NCBI GenBank assembly: GCA_048013815.1
Contig: CM106586.1
Coordinates: 7,254,001-7,318,000, forward strand
Direction: 5' to 3'
DNA from: Setoptus koraiensis
Lineage: Eukaryota; Animalia; Arthropoda
Length of the DNA stretch: 64,000 nucleotides
The translations under genes and the position numbers were made by a program. The notes beneath the pieces are model-generated. The model saw only the letters and a program-made list of their open reading frames with translations, had not been told where the DNA came from and did no database searches. Every line of letters starts with the position of its first letter. Position 1 is the stretch's first letter. Below, piece by piece: positions 1 to 12,400 of this stretch.

Positions 1-3000
1 GCGGACAACAGGCTCGCCGCTGGCAACACATGCCGCGACGCTGCCAAGATGACCGGGCAACGGCGAGCGGTCATTGTGCGATTGGCGCCAACAAGCAACG
101 ACAGCGCGCCGGCCGCCGTACGACGGGTGCGCCGCTAATGGCACCGTATGGACACCTTTTATCGGCGGATGCCAATTACGGCTTATCTGGTCGTGTCGGC
201 CGGGCCGGCAAACTGGCTCAGCGGCGCAGTCGGATGTGATTGCCGCTCTGCGGGCCGGCCGAACTGGCGCCGGCCAGCAGTCGGTGGCCGGGCCGGGCGG
301 ACGGAAGCGCCCGAGCCGTCGCAGCAACAGCCGGCCCCAAATGACGGGCCGATACACAGGCGATACCCGGTGCAGCGCCGGTCGCATCTGGATATTGGTA
401 GTGGCACGGATATGAGCGTGTGCCACGTGTAATTGTAATGGTTGCATAATGGTGTTAGGTGGTGCGCATCATTATTATCGCGGCACTATGATGATGATAG
501 TTTCAATTTGCATAATAACACGCGCTCGCTGTCAGTCAGTGATTTTGTTGTTTTTATTGGTTTCGCTTAAACAACTCACTGACAGCCACGGCTGGCAGCT
601 CGGGTTGCGCGGGGGCGCTCAGTGCGGGCAAAAGTTGATTAAAACACACGGCGGATACATGAGCTGTCTACCTGTGCGAAACGCGCGTTACGTCATGCAC
701 ATATGCTCTCTCTCTCCCTCTCCCCTCTGACGCTCCACGCTCCATCTGAGCCGCACTACGTGGCTACGCGGCTGGAGTGTATGGCCGCGCAGCTAGAGTG
801 TGTGGGAGAGCGGGGCGCGGGGGAGATGCTCGTGGCAGATAGCGCATGATTGATGGTAGTCGTAAACGTTTCAACTTGGACCGACAACAACAATTGATTG
901 TTGCCGTTGCGCGCAGCCAGATACGTGCGTCGCAAGATATCACCGCGTTGTAGCGACCGCCGCCGCCGCAACAAATCCGCCTCAACAACAAATCCGCCGC
1001 CGCTTCAACGCGCGGACCCGCCGCCCCACCGTGCGGACCCGGCGCCGCAACGTGCTGCCGCCGCAAACCGCCGCTGCGCAACAACAACAATAACAGTAAT
1101 AATAGCAATAATAATAATAATAATAATAATAATGAGGCGCCCGGCGAGCGATTCATCAATCAACTCTCCGGGCCGACATTGTTCATTATATTAAGTGGAC
1201 AGGCGGCCAGATCGCCGGCGAGACGGCGCCAAGTGCCACTTGCCGCGCCCCACAAACAACAATGTCTCACTCTCGTCTCGGGCGTCTGGCTTCTTGCAGG
1301 GCCCCCGTCGGCCACAACGAGCCATCGCTCGCTAATTATCCGCCGCTAATTGCCTATTGTGCGCCCATTGTTGCGCGTGTGTGTGTGTCGCGGCAATTGA
1401 TTGTAGCGATCGTGCCACTGGCCCCAGTTTGCAGTCAGTGCCGCCAGTTGCTTCGTGGGGCAACTTACGTAAGATTGCTGGCGCAAGCTGCGCCAACAAA
1501 CGCTCGCCGGGCTAAGCGCGCTGGATAACGGCGGCCACTATCCGGTGCGCGGGGCTCGTTTCGCCGTTTGTTGCGCCCCCGCGCCACGCGTCGCCCGACC
1601 AAAACCATCGAGCGACCATCGGGCGACCGTCGAGCGACCGTCGAGCGACTGTCGAGTTTGCTCACCTACTAACCGCCAGACAAGCGGCTCGCTGTCACTT
1701 TGGCGCGATATTGGTGCGGCGAGCCAGATTGCCGGCAACAGCCAGCAAGAACAAAACAATATCCGTTCTCGGGCTTGTGATTGATGATTGTTTTGCACAA
1801 TTCAAATACGGCCAGGCCCCACATTAACACATCAGTGGGCGCGCACACTGTTGCCAAATACCCGCTCGATGGCTCTATCAGAGGCGGGGGCGCCATCACA
1901 CGAGCGCTCTATCAATCGTGCGTCGAGTGCGTCGGGCCCCAAATCGCCATTTCTCGTCTCGGCGCCGCTGTCCGTCGTCATTTGTTGTGAGCTAAACGCT
2001 GCTTCGTAGCGACCGAGTTCCGAGTTGCAACTCATGACAACGCTCTCTGGCTGCTCGTTTCGGCGGCCCGACGCAAAAAGATTGATATTGCCACCGCGCC
2101 GCAGCGTCTATGCCGCAGCGTCTGCGCCCCAGTGTCTATGGTGACTCATGGGGCGCCGCCGCTCGAACACAAGATACAATATTGTTTATTTTGCCGGCTT
2201 CCGACCGGCCGCTGCAGCCGGGCCGGGCCGGCCCGACCGCGCTGGCAGTATGGCCGCCACCATGAGCCGCTTGCAGCCACTAGCGCAAGTGAGCCAGCCA
2301 GCCGGAAGTGAAGACGAGCCCGTATTCGCTGCCGGCTGCTTGGCGGGCGCTGCCGGCATTCGCCGGCGCACGCAATAGCACAAATAGTACAAATAGGGCG
2401 CCATTGTGCGCTCCATTATTGCAGTGTGGGCCGGCCCGGCCCGGCCGATGTGACGGGTGCTTCAAATTGACTGTCAATTGGCAGTTGAATAGTAGCCAAA
2501 ACACACAGCGCAAATAAGCCAACAAATAAGCATTAGCTCAAGTGGCCCCATAAGAGGGCCCCACTATGTTTGGCTGGCCGCGCGGTTAAGTTGACGGGCG
2601 AACACACCGGAAATAGCGTCGCCAAATGGCGCTGCAACGGCAATCGTTGGCTGCTTGTCGATTTATATTGAACGGTGGCGCACACACACACGCGATGGTA
2701 TCAAGATGGTGTAAAATTCAATAATAATAATAACAATAGTCGTAACAAGAGTGATAATGATGTCACTGTCGGCCCGCGGCAACGCTCAGGGCCCGGCCCA
2801 CACTGACCGGTCGGCCGAGCGGCCGGGGTGGGGTCGCATTTTGACATTGGGTCACAACGGTTGGCTCACGACGGTTGGGTAGCGACGATTGGGTCGCGAT
2901 GGCGGGCCCGCAAATGGGCAGCGCGCCGCGTATGCAAATGGTCGTCAATAATGGGGCCGGGCCGGCCGTCGATTTGCTGGCCCGACGGGCCCTCGAATGT

Positions 3001-3240
3001 GTCGCTGCGCTCATTTATAAGTCGCCGGCGCTATAAGTTGCTGCCGCTACGAGTTGCCGGCGCTGTTGCCAGCCAACGATATTGGCGCGTTGCGGGCCCC
3101 GTTCGGGGCGCCCTCTCGAGCGTTCGCCATCAAGAGGTCGGCTGGAGCGGCGCTTGCCGTGCACAAACGAGTGGCCAGACTACTCGAGTGGCGCGCCTGA
3201 TTAAAGTGAACCTCTTTTATTTCTATATTTATCCGCTGAC

Positions 3241-3336
3241 CGTGTTTGTCCGCTGCCCGTGTTTGTCCGCTGTCCGTGCTATCCGCTGCCTGTGTTTGTC
3301 CGCTGCCCGTGTTGTCCGCTGTCCGTGTTTGTCCGC
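3241..3336. repeat. Minisatellite, about 17-bp unit (gtgtttgtccgctgccc), 5-6 degenerate copies
   Basis: Direct reading. Confidence 0.85.
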
Positions 3337-6300
3337 CAGTGCAACACCGGGCCGACCTGTGCAATGCGGACAGTGTGTATCGTGTACGGCGGATTTCGCT
3401 ATTTTAACTAAACAAACAACCGGTCGGTCAGGTAGATAATGAAGAGAGCTCGTTTGTTTGGCGCTTGCAAATGTTGCAGTTGTCGCCGGCGCGTCGAACG
3501 CCCATCGAGGGTGTCCGTTCGGGCCGGCGGGCCAGCGCCCGAATCAGCAAAAAGGCTTGATTAACTGGAGCGTATCGGGCCGGACAGGCCTAACTATCTA
3601 TTAAATTGTCGGGCCGGCACAAGTGGCCGCTCGCCGGCGGCCCGATCGCGGCGCCGCCGTCTTGCATACCGGCCCGATGAGTCGAGCCGGCAACAACTGC
3701 AAGGCCGGCGACAACTGCAAGGCCGGCGACAATCCTAAAATGGGCCCTCGAGCCACGCATGTATGGCAGCGTACAGTCACTACATACGTACAGTGGCTGC
3801 GTGCGACCCGAGCGACCGGTGCGGATAATTTGCAAACGGGCACGCCGCGAAACATATATGAATTTACACTTATTTGTTCGTTTGTAGCAAGAGCCACACA
3901 CGCACCATATGCTGCCGGCAAACGCGCCCGAACCTCGGGCCCAAGGTTCGGCGCCCCGCTTAGGCCGCAAGCGGGGCCCCGAAGGGGCGAGTACCTAGAA
4001 TTTGGAATCAGAGCAGAGCCACTTCTCCGGTGCACTGCCACTAAACCACTAAATGGGCCCTTTTTCCGTCTGGCTGCGCCGTGATATGCGGCCAACTTTG
4101 GCGCCCGACTGTGCCCGCTGTGGCGCAATTGTGACACGGCGACACGACAAAAATCCATGTTAATGTTCTCGTTAATGACAATACTCATTAGAGGCCCCGT
4201 ATTTATACCCGCCGCAATGTAGCCGTTGCAAGCTGAGCCAAGTCCAACAGACCGGCGAGATACTAATTTCGGCCGACTGGCATGCAGCTGCTACTACGGG
4301 GGCCGCACGGGCTAGGTGCAATCGAGGGCGATCCCGCAGTCTGCTGTGGCTGTGCTGGCAGCCAGAAATATCCGCATTCCGGATATTTCTGGTGTCTGAT
4401 TGGCAGCACCGTCGCTAGAGTCTACTAGATGGGCTCCCTAGATCGTGCCGCGCCAGCCAACAAGTTAGCGAGCCGTGCCCAAGTGAGGCACAAATCGATC
4501 CGATCGGGTCCGCATTCTTGTCCGTTGATCGGGCCGAGAATGGTCGTGGGGCGCGCGTTCGTTTGTTTGTTGAAAATAAAAAACACAGCTCATTAATAAT
4601 GCGCAACGCCGCCAATGCAAAGCAGCAAGCAAACAAGTGAACAACGACACAATATCATTATCGTCGCATTGTGGCCCGAACGCTTCGATTCAATCTCTGC
4701 CCGCGATCCACCTACGCGCCGCCCGGCGATGATCATTTCTTGCGACAGTCGCCGCCGCCGACCGTTATCTGGGGAGCGGGCTATTGCGCAATGTTTGCCA
4801 AATCGTCGTCCCGATGCGGCCTCCAAATGGGGCCCGTCGCCGACCCAAATGGTTCGTGTTCAAATGGTGATCGTGCTCTGTTTGCCCGATCCGCGAACTC
4901 GTCCTCCTCGCGCGAACTCGCGCGAATTCGCCCCGTCTCGCGCGAATCGCCAATGGAGAGATCACCGGCGACCGAGGAGCGGGCCAAATAGATAAATGAG
5001 TCGCTGGTTGGCATCGTCAATCTTGCACCCATGATCGCATCCGGATTCGGCGTGCGCCGCCTTGGAAATTTTCATAGTTTTGCACCGTTTATCGGCTGTT
5101 AGCGCGGCCAAGTTGGCGGCGGTCGGACGCCGCTTGCACTCGGCGCTCGGGAATCGTTGCAGCTCGCAATTGTTGCAGACGTCAACCCGTAATGGGCGCC
5201 CGACGGGCTTATCAGCGGCGCCGTTGTCACACTCGCACGACAACGGATATGTCACAATTGGCGAGATATGTTTAGTGGCTGGAAACGATAAGATCATCAG
5301 CGTTTGCGGTCATCGCGACGAGAGTGGCCGCCGAGGTGCCGCTGTCGGCGCTGTCGACACTTTTGGCGGGCGTCACGGCTGCCGGCCCGACTGTTGAATT
5401 GTAACACCGACAGCCTGTGCGGCTGCCAAAAGTGGCGCCGCCTGCCAAAACTTTTGTTCATTGTCAACTCAAAAGTATAATCTTGATATATGGCGAGATC
5501 ATTCCTTGGGATCATTGCTTGAGTGTGTTGGTGTCGTTGCTGTTGGTGCGGTTGCTGTTGGTGTCGTTGGCCGGGCCGGGCCGGGCCGGACCGCACTTTG
5601 CGCATTGTTGTTGGCCGCTCGCCGCCGGCCAACAACGATCGGGGTCAAGCATAAAACAAAGGCGCGCACTTGTGACGCGCGACTCGACATATTTAATGAT
5701 GCCCACGGCTTGTTTGGCCGCTGGCGGGCCCCATTTTTCATGCCCACTGAGATATGCCGCTGCGGCGAGACGGAGCGGAATTGTGAGCGCGGCTCAAAAT
5801 GGATTTTTGCACTTTTAACAATATAACTTTTGTTGTCGTGCGCGGACAAACAAACAGCTCCGGCCAACCAGCCGGCTCAGAACTCAATCATCCGGCGCTG
5901 AGTGTTGCTGTTTTTGTCATTTGTTCAGCTGTCCAGTTTACCTCAGCGTTCTTTCTTGCTGCTGTCATCATTTTGGGGCCCACTTGGGCCCGTCTCCGTC
6001 TGGGCAGCCTGGCAGCCGTATGGGCACCCCGGCAGCCGTCTGGGCACACGGCGCGACAGCGGACCGGCGGGTTGCATTGTAAATGGGCCGCGGCGGCGGC
6101 AAATACTGTCGCCGGGCCGGCCGCAATGAGCGTCTTGTCGAGCCGGGCCGGCCGCATTGAGCGTCTTGTCGAAGCGGGCCGTCGGGCGCCGCCGCCGCAT
6201 CGCATTAATCAATCATCCATTGCCCGCGCGGCAAGTGTGTGCGTGCTGGCCCGATGTCTGGTGCAGCATCGCCACACTTATCCGCCGATGTTTTGACCGA

Positions 6301-9300
6301 TCCGGCGACGCAACCAGTTAGCGGTTTACTATTTATAAGCAGTCGCTTAGTGGCGCCGATACCGTACCGACGATACCGTGCCGCCGATACCGTACCGCCG
6401 ATACCGCATCGACGACACGGGCCCGACGGATTGGCGTTGTCGGGCGCAGCAAGTGACTCGCAAATAATCATATCGGGCCGATTGTATCACGCTGCGCGCC
6501 CGTCATCCATTAAGTTGTATCCCGTTGGTAGTCTGACGTGGTTGCGTTTAGCCAGCGCGAATTTAGTGCGAATTTAGCCCGATTTGAGCCGTTCGACGGG
6601 CCACCGCGCCGCCGATCGGGCTCTAACGAAGACCAGCGGGCCGGTCAGCGGCGCTATTTTTGGCATTATATATAAGGCCTATATATAATATAAAAAATTC
6701 TCGACGAGCGATCCCAAACAACGAACGCGAGCAACAACGAACGCGAGCAACAATCTCGGCCAGCCTCGTCGCCACGCTCACCTGGTGCCCGGCTCGACGA
6801 AAACGGGTGCTCGTGTGGCGGCCATAAATCGGGCCGGGCCCCGATCTTGGCCGGAACACTTTGGCAGCGCTGGCAGGGACAAAGCCCGCCGCGGTGGACA
6901 TGACTAATGTCGGGCCCCGCAAACAATCTATATCTTGATCGAGCCGACTCGCCAGTTGGCGGTCTGGCCGAATGCGGCCCCCGGTGTCTAGTTGGCGCCG
7001 GCGGTTGGCGTGTTGAAAAGACTGTGATCTGACTGCCAAGAGAGGCAAACAACTGTGATGTCTTGATCTGTTTGTGTCGGTGCGAGGCCCCCGCGTGGGG
7101 CCAAGATTTTATTTCTAGTATTTGTGGAATTTTTTAGCGCTCTCTCGTACTGCTGCTGCTGCTGCTGCGGGGGACCCGACCGAGCGGCGGAACGTTGGCG
7201 AGCTTTGTTTGTTGCCACTGGTGGCAACAAACAAAAAGAAGAAACAACTGGCAACAACAATGGGGCCCAATAAATGAAAACAAACTTGCTGCGCCCCCCC
7301 CCAGCTCCCTCTGTATATATAGCTGCAGACCGCCGACGAGTCTAATGCCCGGCCATTAAAAAAGAATCGCTCGCTCTGTCACAACAACTCGGCCGAGTGC
7401 AGTTTCTTCGTTGCCGGGGCCCATCTATCTCTTATCTCCGCGATCGCTGGCTGGCTGGCTGGCTTCCTTTGTGAGTCGGCCAGCGGTTGGGGGCGCCGTT
7501 TCGCCCAGGTGGACACCAGCAACGGAACCGAGCACATAATGCAATCCGGAAACTGCAGCCAAACATTGTTTTTCTCGCTGTTTTCGGCGCCAGTCTTGAC
7601 CCGCCGGACCCGACTGGAGGAGCGCCCAGCAGGCTGGGCGCTCACTGGCAGTGACTGGGGCCCAGTGACTCACCGACAGTGACTGGAGCGCAGTAACGCA
7701 CCGGCAGTGAGCACCCTATAGCCGCTATACTATAGCGGCTATAGTATAGCGAGACCGAGGCACAGATTACCGCTGGCGGAGCGGGCCTCGGGTGGGCGCA
7801 ACGGATTTGTCTGCCGCGCCGCAGTTTCATTGTTTCCCCCGGCAACAGTCGGGCTCGATTGTTGCCGGGCCCCACTGACAACCGATCGCTAATTACCGAC
7901 TTGGCGCTCCCATTGTTTACATTGATTGGCTTTGTGCTGCTGGGCGTCGGCCGATTTTGAGGATATGGCGATTGCGAGGGGCGCACATAAATACCTACCA
8001 AAAAGATACCTGATCGCGGTTCTGCTGCGGACGGGTTGGCGCGGGCCAGTGTGCGCAGCTTGCGCGTATCGCGCCAAGACAATCACTGGTGATTTTTGTC
8101 CGGATAAAATACGCCGGCGCAACCACACGCGAACCACAAACCCGCCGAGCCGCGCATCTAATTGCCCCATTGCGACTATTCATCAGCGAATAATTAGTTG
8201 CCGGCGGTCGGCTGGCTGGCAGGCGGACGGGCGGACGGGCGGGCGGGCGCTCTCTAAATTAGAGACTCTAATTGCACTTGTCCTCTAAATCCCGATTATT
8301 CATTCCAATAACTGGCTGGCAACTGTTTGCGGGCCCCACTTTCCGCCGGCCATAAAAACAATTTGCTCTGGTCGGTAACCAGATTAAGATTCGCGTTTGC
8401 AAACTTGCAATTGATTGCGCCCCCATCGTGCCACCGCTCTCTCGGCAAGGCTCACTCACTTGTCAGTGGCTAATCTGCCAGGGGCAATTTAATCATTGTT
8501 GTGTAATGACGAAAAAAGTCCTGCCTGGCTCCGGCGGCGCCAGCCACCAGAACCGCAGAGCGCGGGGCCCCAGCGGCGGCGCAGGCCGCGTCTTTGGTTG
8601 GCTGGTTGTGTCTTTATTTACCTGTGCAGCAGCAGTCTGTTGCCCCTTAGAGCAATCTTTGCATTTCTGGTTTGCCATTGTTTGCGGTGATCCCACTCAG
8701 CCGACAGCCTCGATCTCTGGTGCGCTCTGGTTGGGGGGCCCGCAAGTAAATGATGCAAATGCAAGATATTTAATGTTGATGTTATTGTTGGCTGTGCCTT
8801 TCCAGTGTTCATTAGGGCGCCTCGCTTGCGCGGAAACAATTCCATTATCTGGCTCACGATATCGAGCGCGGGTATGCGCGCCGATATGCATGATATCGAG
8901 CCTGGGTACCCGACTCTGGACGGGGCATGGATATGCGCAAGCATGCGAGAGGCACCGCCGCAATCGGCCGATCGGGTCGGCAGGCCGGGCCCGGCTAATG
9001 CAGCCCGTTCTCTTGAGGCAGTTGCGGCTATATTGCCGGCAAGCAGCAGAGGAGAATCAGAGCCTCGGGCTGGACAATTTGCCTGGCGCCCGGCAGCGCA
9101 GCGAGGCCCGGTCGCAATATAGGGGCCCCGCTGTCGAGCAAGGTCGGTGGCTAGTGGAGGGGCTCGCTGTTGTGCATTGTGGCGGGCGCTCAGGGTGTGC
9201 TGTTACATTAACAGATATTATGATGATATCATGATATTGTGTGCTCGTTGGGCCAAATGATGAAATTTGGCCACCGTTCGCCGTGGCGCGCCAGACATTC

Positions 9301-9359
9301 TGTCGGCAAGACGGGGCCAAGTTCGACAGGGCCCCGCTGGCCCAGCGAATTCGAGGCTG

Positions 9360-9437
9360 GCGAATTCGAAGCTCGCGATTCCGCAGCTCTCGATTCCGCA
9401 GCTCGCGATTCCGAAGCTCGCGATTCCGAAGCTCGCG
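9360..9437. repeat. Minisatellite, 15-bp unit (cgattccg[ac]agctcg), about 5 copies
   Basis: Direct reading; it also gives the RELRN/RSSRF repeats in the spurious ORFs. Confidence 0.85.
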
Positions 9438-12400
9438 AGTCAATTCGGCCGCGGTGGCACTAAAGTCGCGAACAAGGCGCCAAGTGACTGCGCCCGCTTC
9501 CGACAGAAGGCGCAATGAATATGGCCGCCGATGGCGCCCCTTTGTCTCTATATTACATCTCTATATTATATCTCTATTGGTTGCGCAATAGTTGCCGAAC
9601 CAATGCCGCCGGCCTGACGATCTCGCCACTGGTAATAAAAATGATTCAAGCATATATGAATGTATGCGATGAACTCGATATGTACGCTCGCTTAATATCT
9701 GGCTGGCTGGCTGTTGCTCGCTTTATATCTGGCTGGATGGCTGTGCGATATCGGGCTGGCGGTGCGATATCGGGCTGGCGGTGCGATATCGGGCTGCGGC
9801 TATGCGAAACAGACAGCGACGCGGCCACTGGCCTCATTATCTTTTTCGCTTCAATGACAAACTTATTCAAGAGAGCGAAACCATCATAACGATTCTCATG
9901 ATGGGCCCCATATATCGGCAGCAGACAGATATATTTAGATGCACATTGTGTACACAGTCGGCCGTGTGCGTCGCACTGGCCAAGTTGTAAAATCAATCCC
10001 TTCGCTTGGCGTGCAGCTCGCGGGCCCCAATGGGGCCCGCAACAAGACACATGCGGTTGGTCGTGTGTGCTGCTGCAAGCATCGGATAGTGTTATGATCA
10101 CTTTTGGGCGCTGCAAACTCGCCTCGGGCGCAACACCCAGTTCCAGTTTGCGCGGCTCACCAGACTCGGGGGCCCCTCGCTGGCAGCTCGCCGGCTTTGT
10201 GCGCGCCGTTGCCATCCAAAAGCGCTCGCAATTTATCCGGGTGCGCATAGGACAGAGGCAAAGCAAGGGAATTGCCAGAATTGCGGCAACTGAAAATACA
10301 ACGACAAGATGCAAATCATCTGGCGAGCCGGGCACACCGAGCGCGGCTGCTCCAATCCGCGGGCTAATTACCCCGACTGACTCTTGCCCTGCCCAACTGG
10401 CTGGCGGTCGTTGTGGCGCGTCGCGATCAAACAGTTCGCTCGGCGAAATCCGGCGAAATCCGGCGAAATCGTTCGGCGGGGTTCGGCAAAATCGCTCGGC
10501 GGAGTTCGGCAAAATTCGCGCCCCCAAATTCGGGCCGAAATTTCCACCAACAATTGTAAACAAAGCCGCTGTAAAAAATCTTGTTCCCGTTGGCGAGCGA
10601 CACTGTCGCAAGATCGGCGCCCCCGCTGACGGGCCAGATCGGCCATCTTGACCCTCTGACAGGGGCCATTCGTAAACAGACGCAACCGGCAGACAAACAA
10701 ACTTTTCTCATTTATGTGAAATATTATTATTTGTGATTGGGGCCATCGATAGCCGGCGCACTAACCAGACGCCTCGCTCCGTCTGGCCGACGCCTCGCTC
10801 GTTCCGGGCGACTCGCCAAAATTGACGCCGACGGCAAAATGGGGCGCCATTTTATATATTATTTGCGGCATATTGGCAGCCGGCGGGAGCGTGTTGTTTA
10901 CTTATGGGGCGCCTCGGAGGCCCCAAAGCCAGTTGAGAGTTTAAACGAAATAAATACAGTTGCAGCCTCGCCATGTTCCGCGGCATGTTTATTTCGAGTT
11001 GCAGCGAGCGGGCGAGTTTTAATTTCAAATTGCGAGAGCCAATCTGTGCCAGAGTCACAACTCGCAAAAGCTCGTCAGCTAAAATTGAAATACAAACACG
11101 GCGCGCGATCTCGCGAGCGATCTTGAAACGGGGGCCCCTTCCGCCGTTCCGTTCTGGCGACGTTCTGTTGGCGACTTGCACGCAGTCCGCGCGCAGCCTC
11201 TAATGAGAACTTGTTGTCAAACGGATCGTTTGGCGCGCGCTGGCCGGGCCTCAAAAGTCGCACCAGTCGACCGTGGCTCGTGCCGGGCCGGTCGGCGTGC
11301 CAATTTATGTCGCAGACACACGTGAGCTCGCGACCAGAAATGGCTCGTCCGAGGCGCGCTCTCAAAAGTGCCATCTGACTCACATGATCTGAGAAAAGTT
11401 GCCAACGGTGGCCTAACTTAGGCCGCCTAAGTGGTTTTTTCGATGGATCCCGCTCATTTGGCCAACGAAACATTTTTCATCATTACGACCGTGTGAGCGC
11501 CGGTGGGCAAAGAGTTAGCCGGCCCCCGATCTCGGGACCGCGCCGGCCCGTCGGGCTCGGCACAAAGATATGACAAACGCATGAGTGGGGCACACATTTA
11601 TTTGGGCCGAGATGGGAAACTTTCAGGGGCGCCGCACGCGAACATGAGGCGCGATTGGCACCGCAAACTTGTGCCGCATGATTCGAATTTCGAAATCGCA
11701 AGCGCCGTCGCGCGGACACCGGTTAAGTTTTCTTGCTGCGAGAGTGTTTCAGTTTCCCCGGGAGCCCCTTGGAAAAATGCCAAGCTTCAAGTTGGCAAAT
11801 TGAACTTGCACCGCCGGCGGTTGGTCGGTCGGTCGGCTGGTGTCACGGTGTCGCAATAACCATTTGAGCGACGCTTAATGCGCTCCTCTACCAGGTCAAG
11901 TCTACCTGGCCCGCTTATTTGCCGGCGGCTCGGCAAGTATTAGCTTGCCAACTTGATGCGGGGGCGCGCGTGTGTGCATTCACTCAGCATGAAGTGTCAC
12001 CCGTTTATTTGCTTGACCAGTCAGATTTACCTTGTACATTCGGTCCGATCGGCCGATCTATTGATTTAACGGGGCACACAATTGCGGCCCGCAGCAATGC
12101 CGGCCGCGCCGAAAAACAGCGCAATGTAATTCGGGCCAGCGAAGTGTCGCCCGTAGCCCTGCCGGCCCCCCCCCGTCCGTCCGGCCAATCCGAACGCGGC
12201 ACAATCGGTTTGGGGGCCCCGCTCGCCAGTTTGACATGTTTCGTGTTTGCGCGGCGCGCATTGTATTTGAGTATTTGTATGTATTTGAGTGGCGGCACAC
12301 CGGCCAGTGGATGTGTGGATAATATAGCGGTATTTCGGTGGCCCAATTATACGGGGCAATAATACCCAAATGACAAAGGCGACCGCTCGCTCGGACGACA

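Noticed and set aside
8428-9234. 268-aa plus-strand ORF
   Set aside because: GTG start, Arg/Ala/Gly/Cys-biased, no recognisable motif.
9646-10651. Long overlapping ORFs (321 aa minus, 194 aa plus)
   Set aside because: No domain similarity recognised. They overlap on both strands and are typical stop-poor GC-rich non-coding sequence containing tandem repeats.
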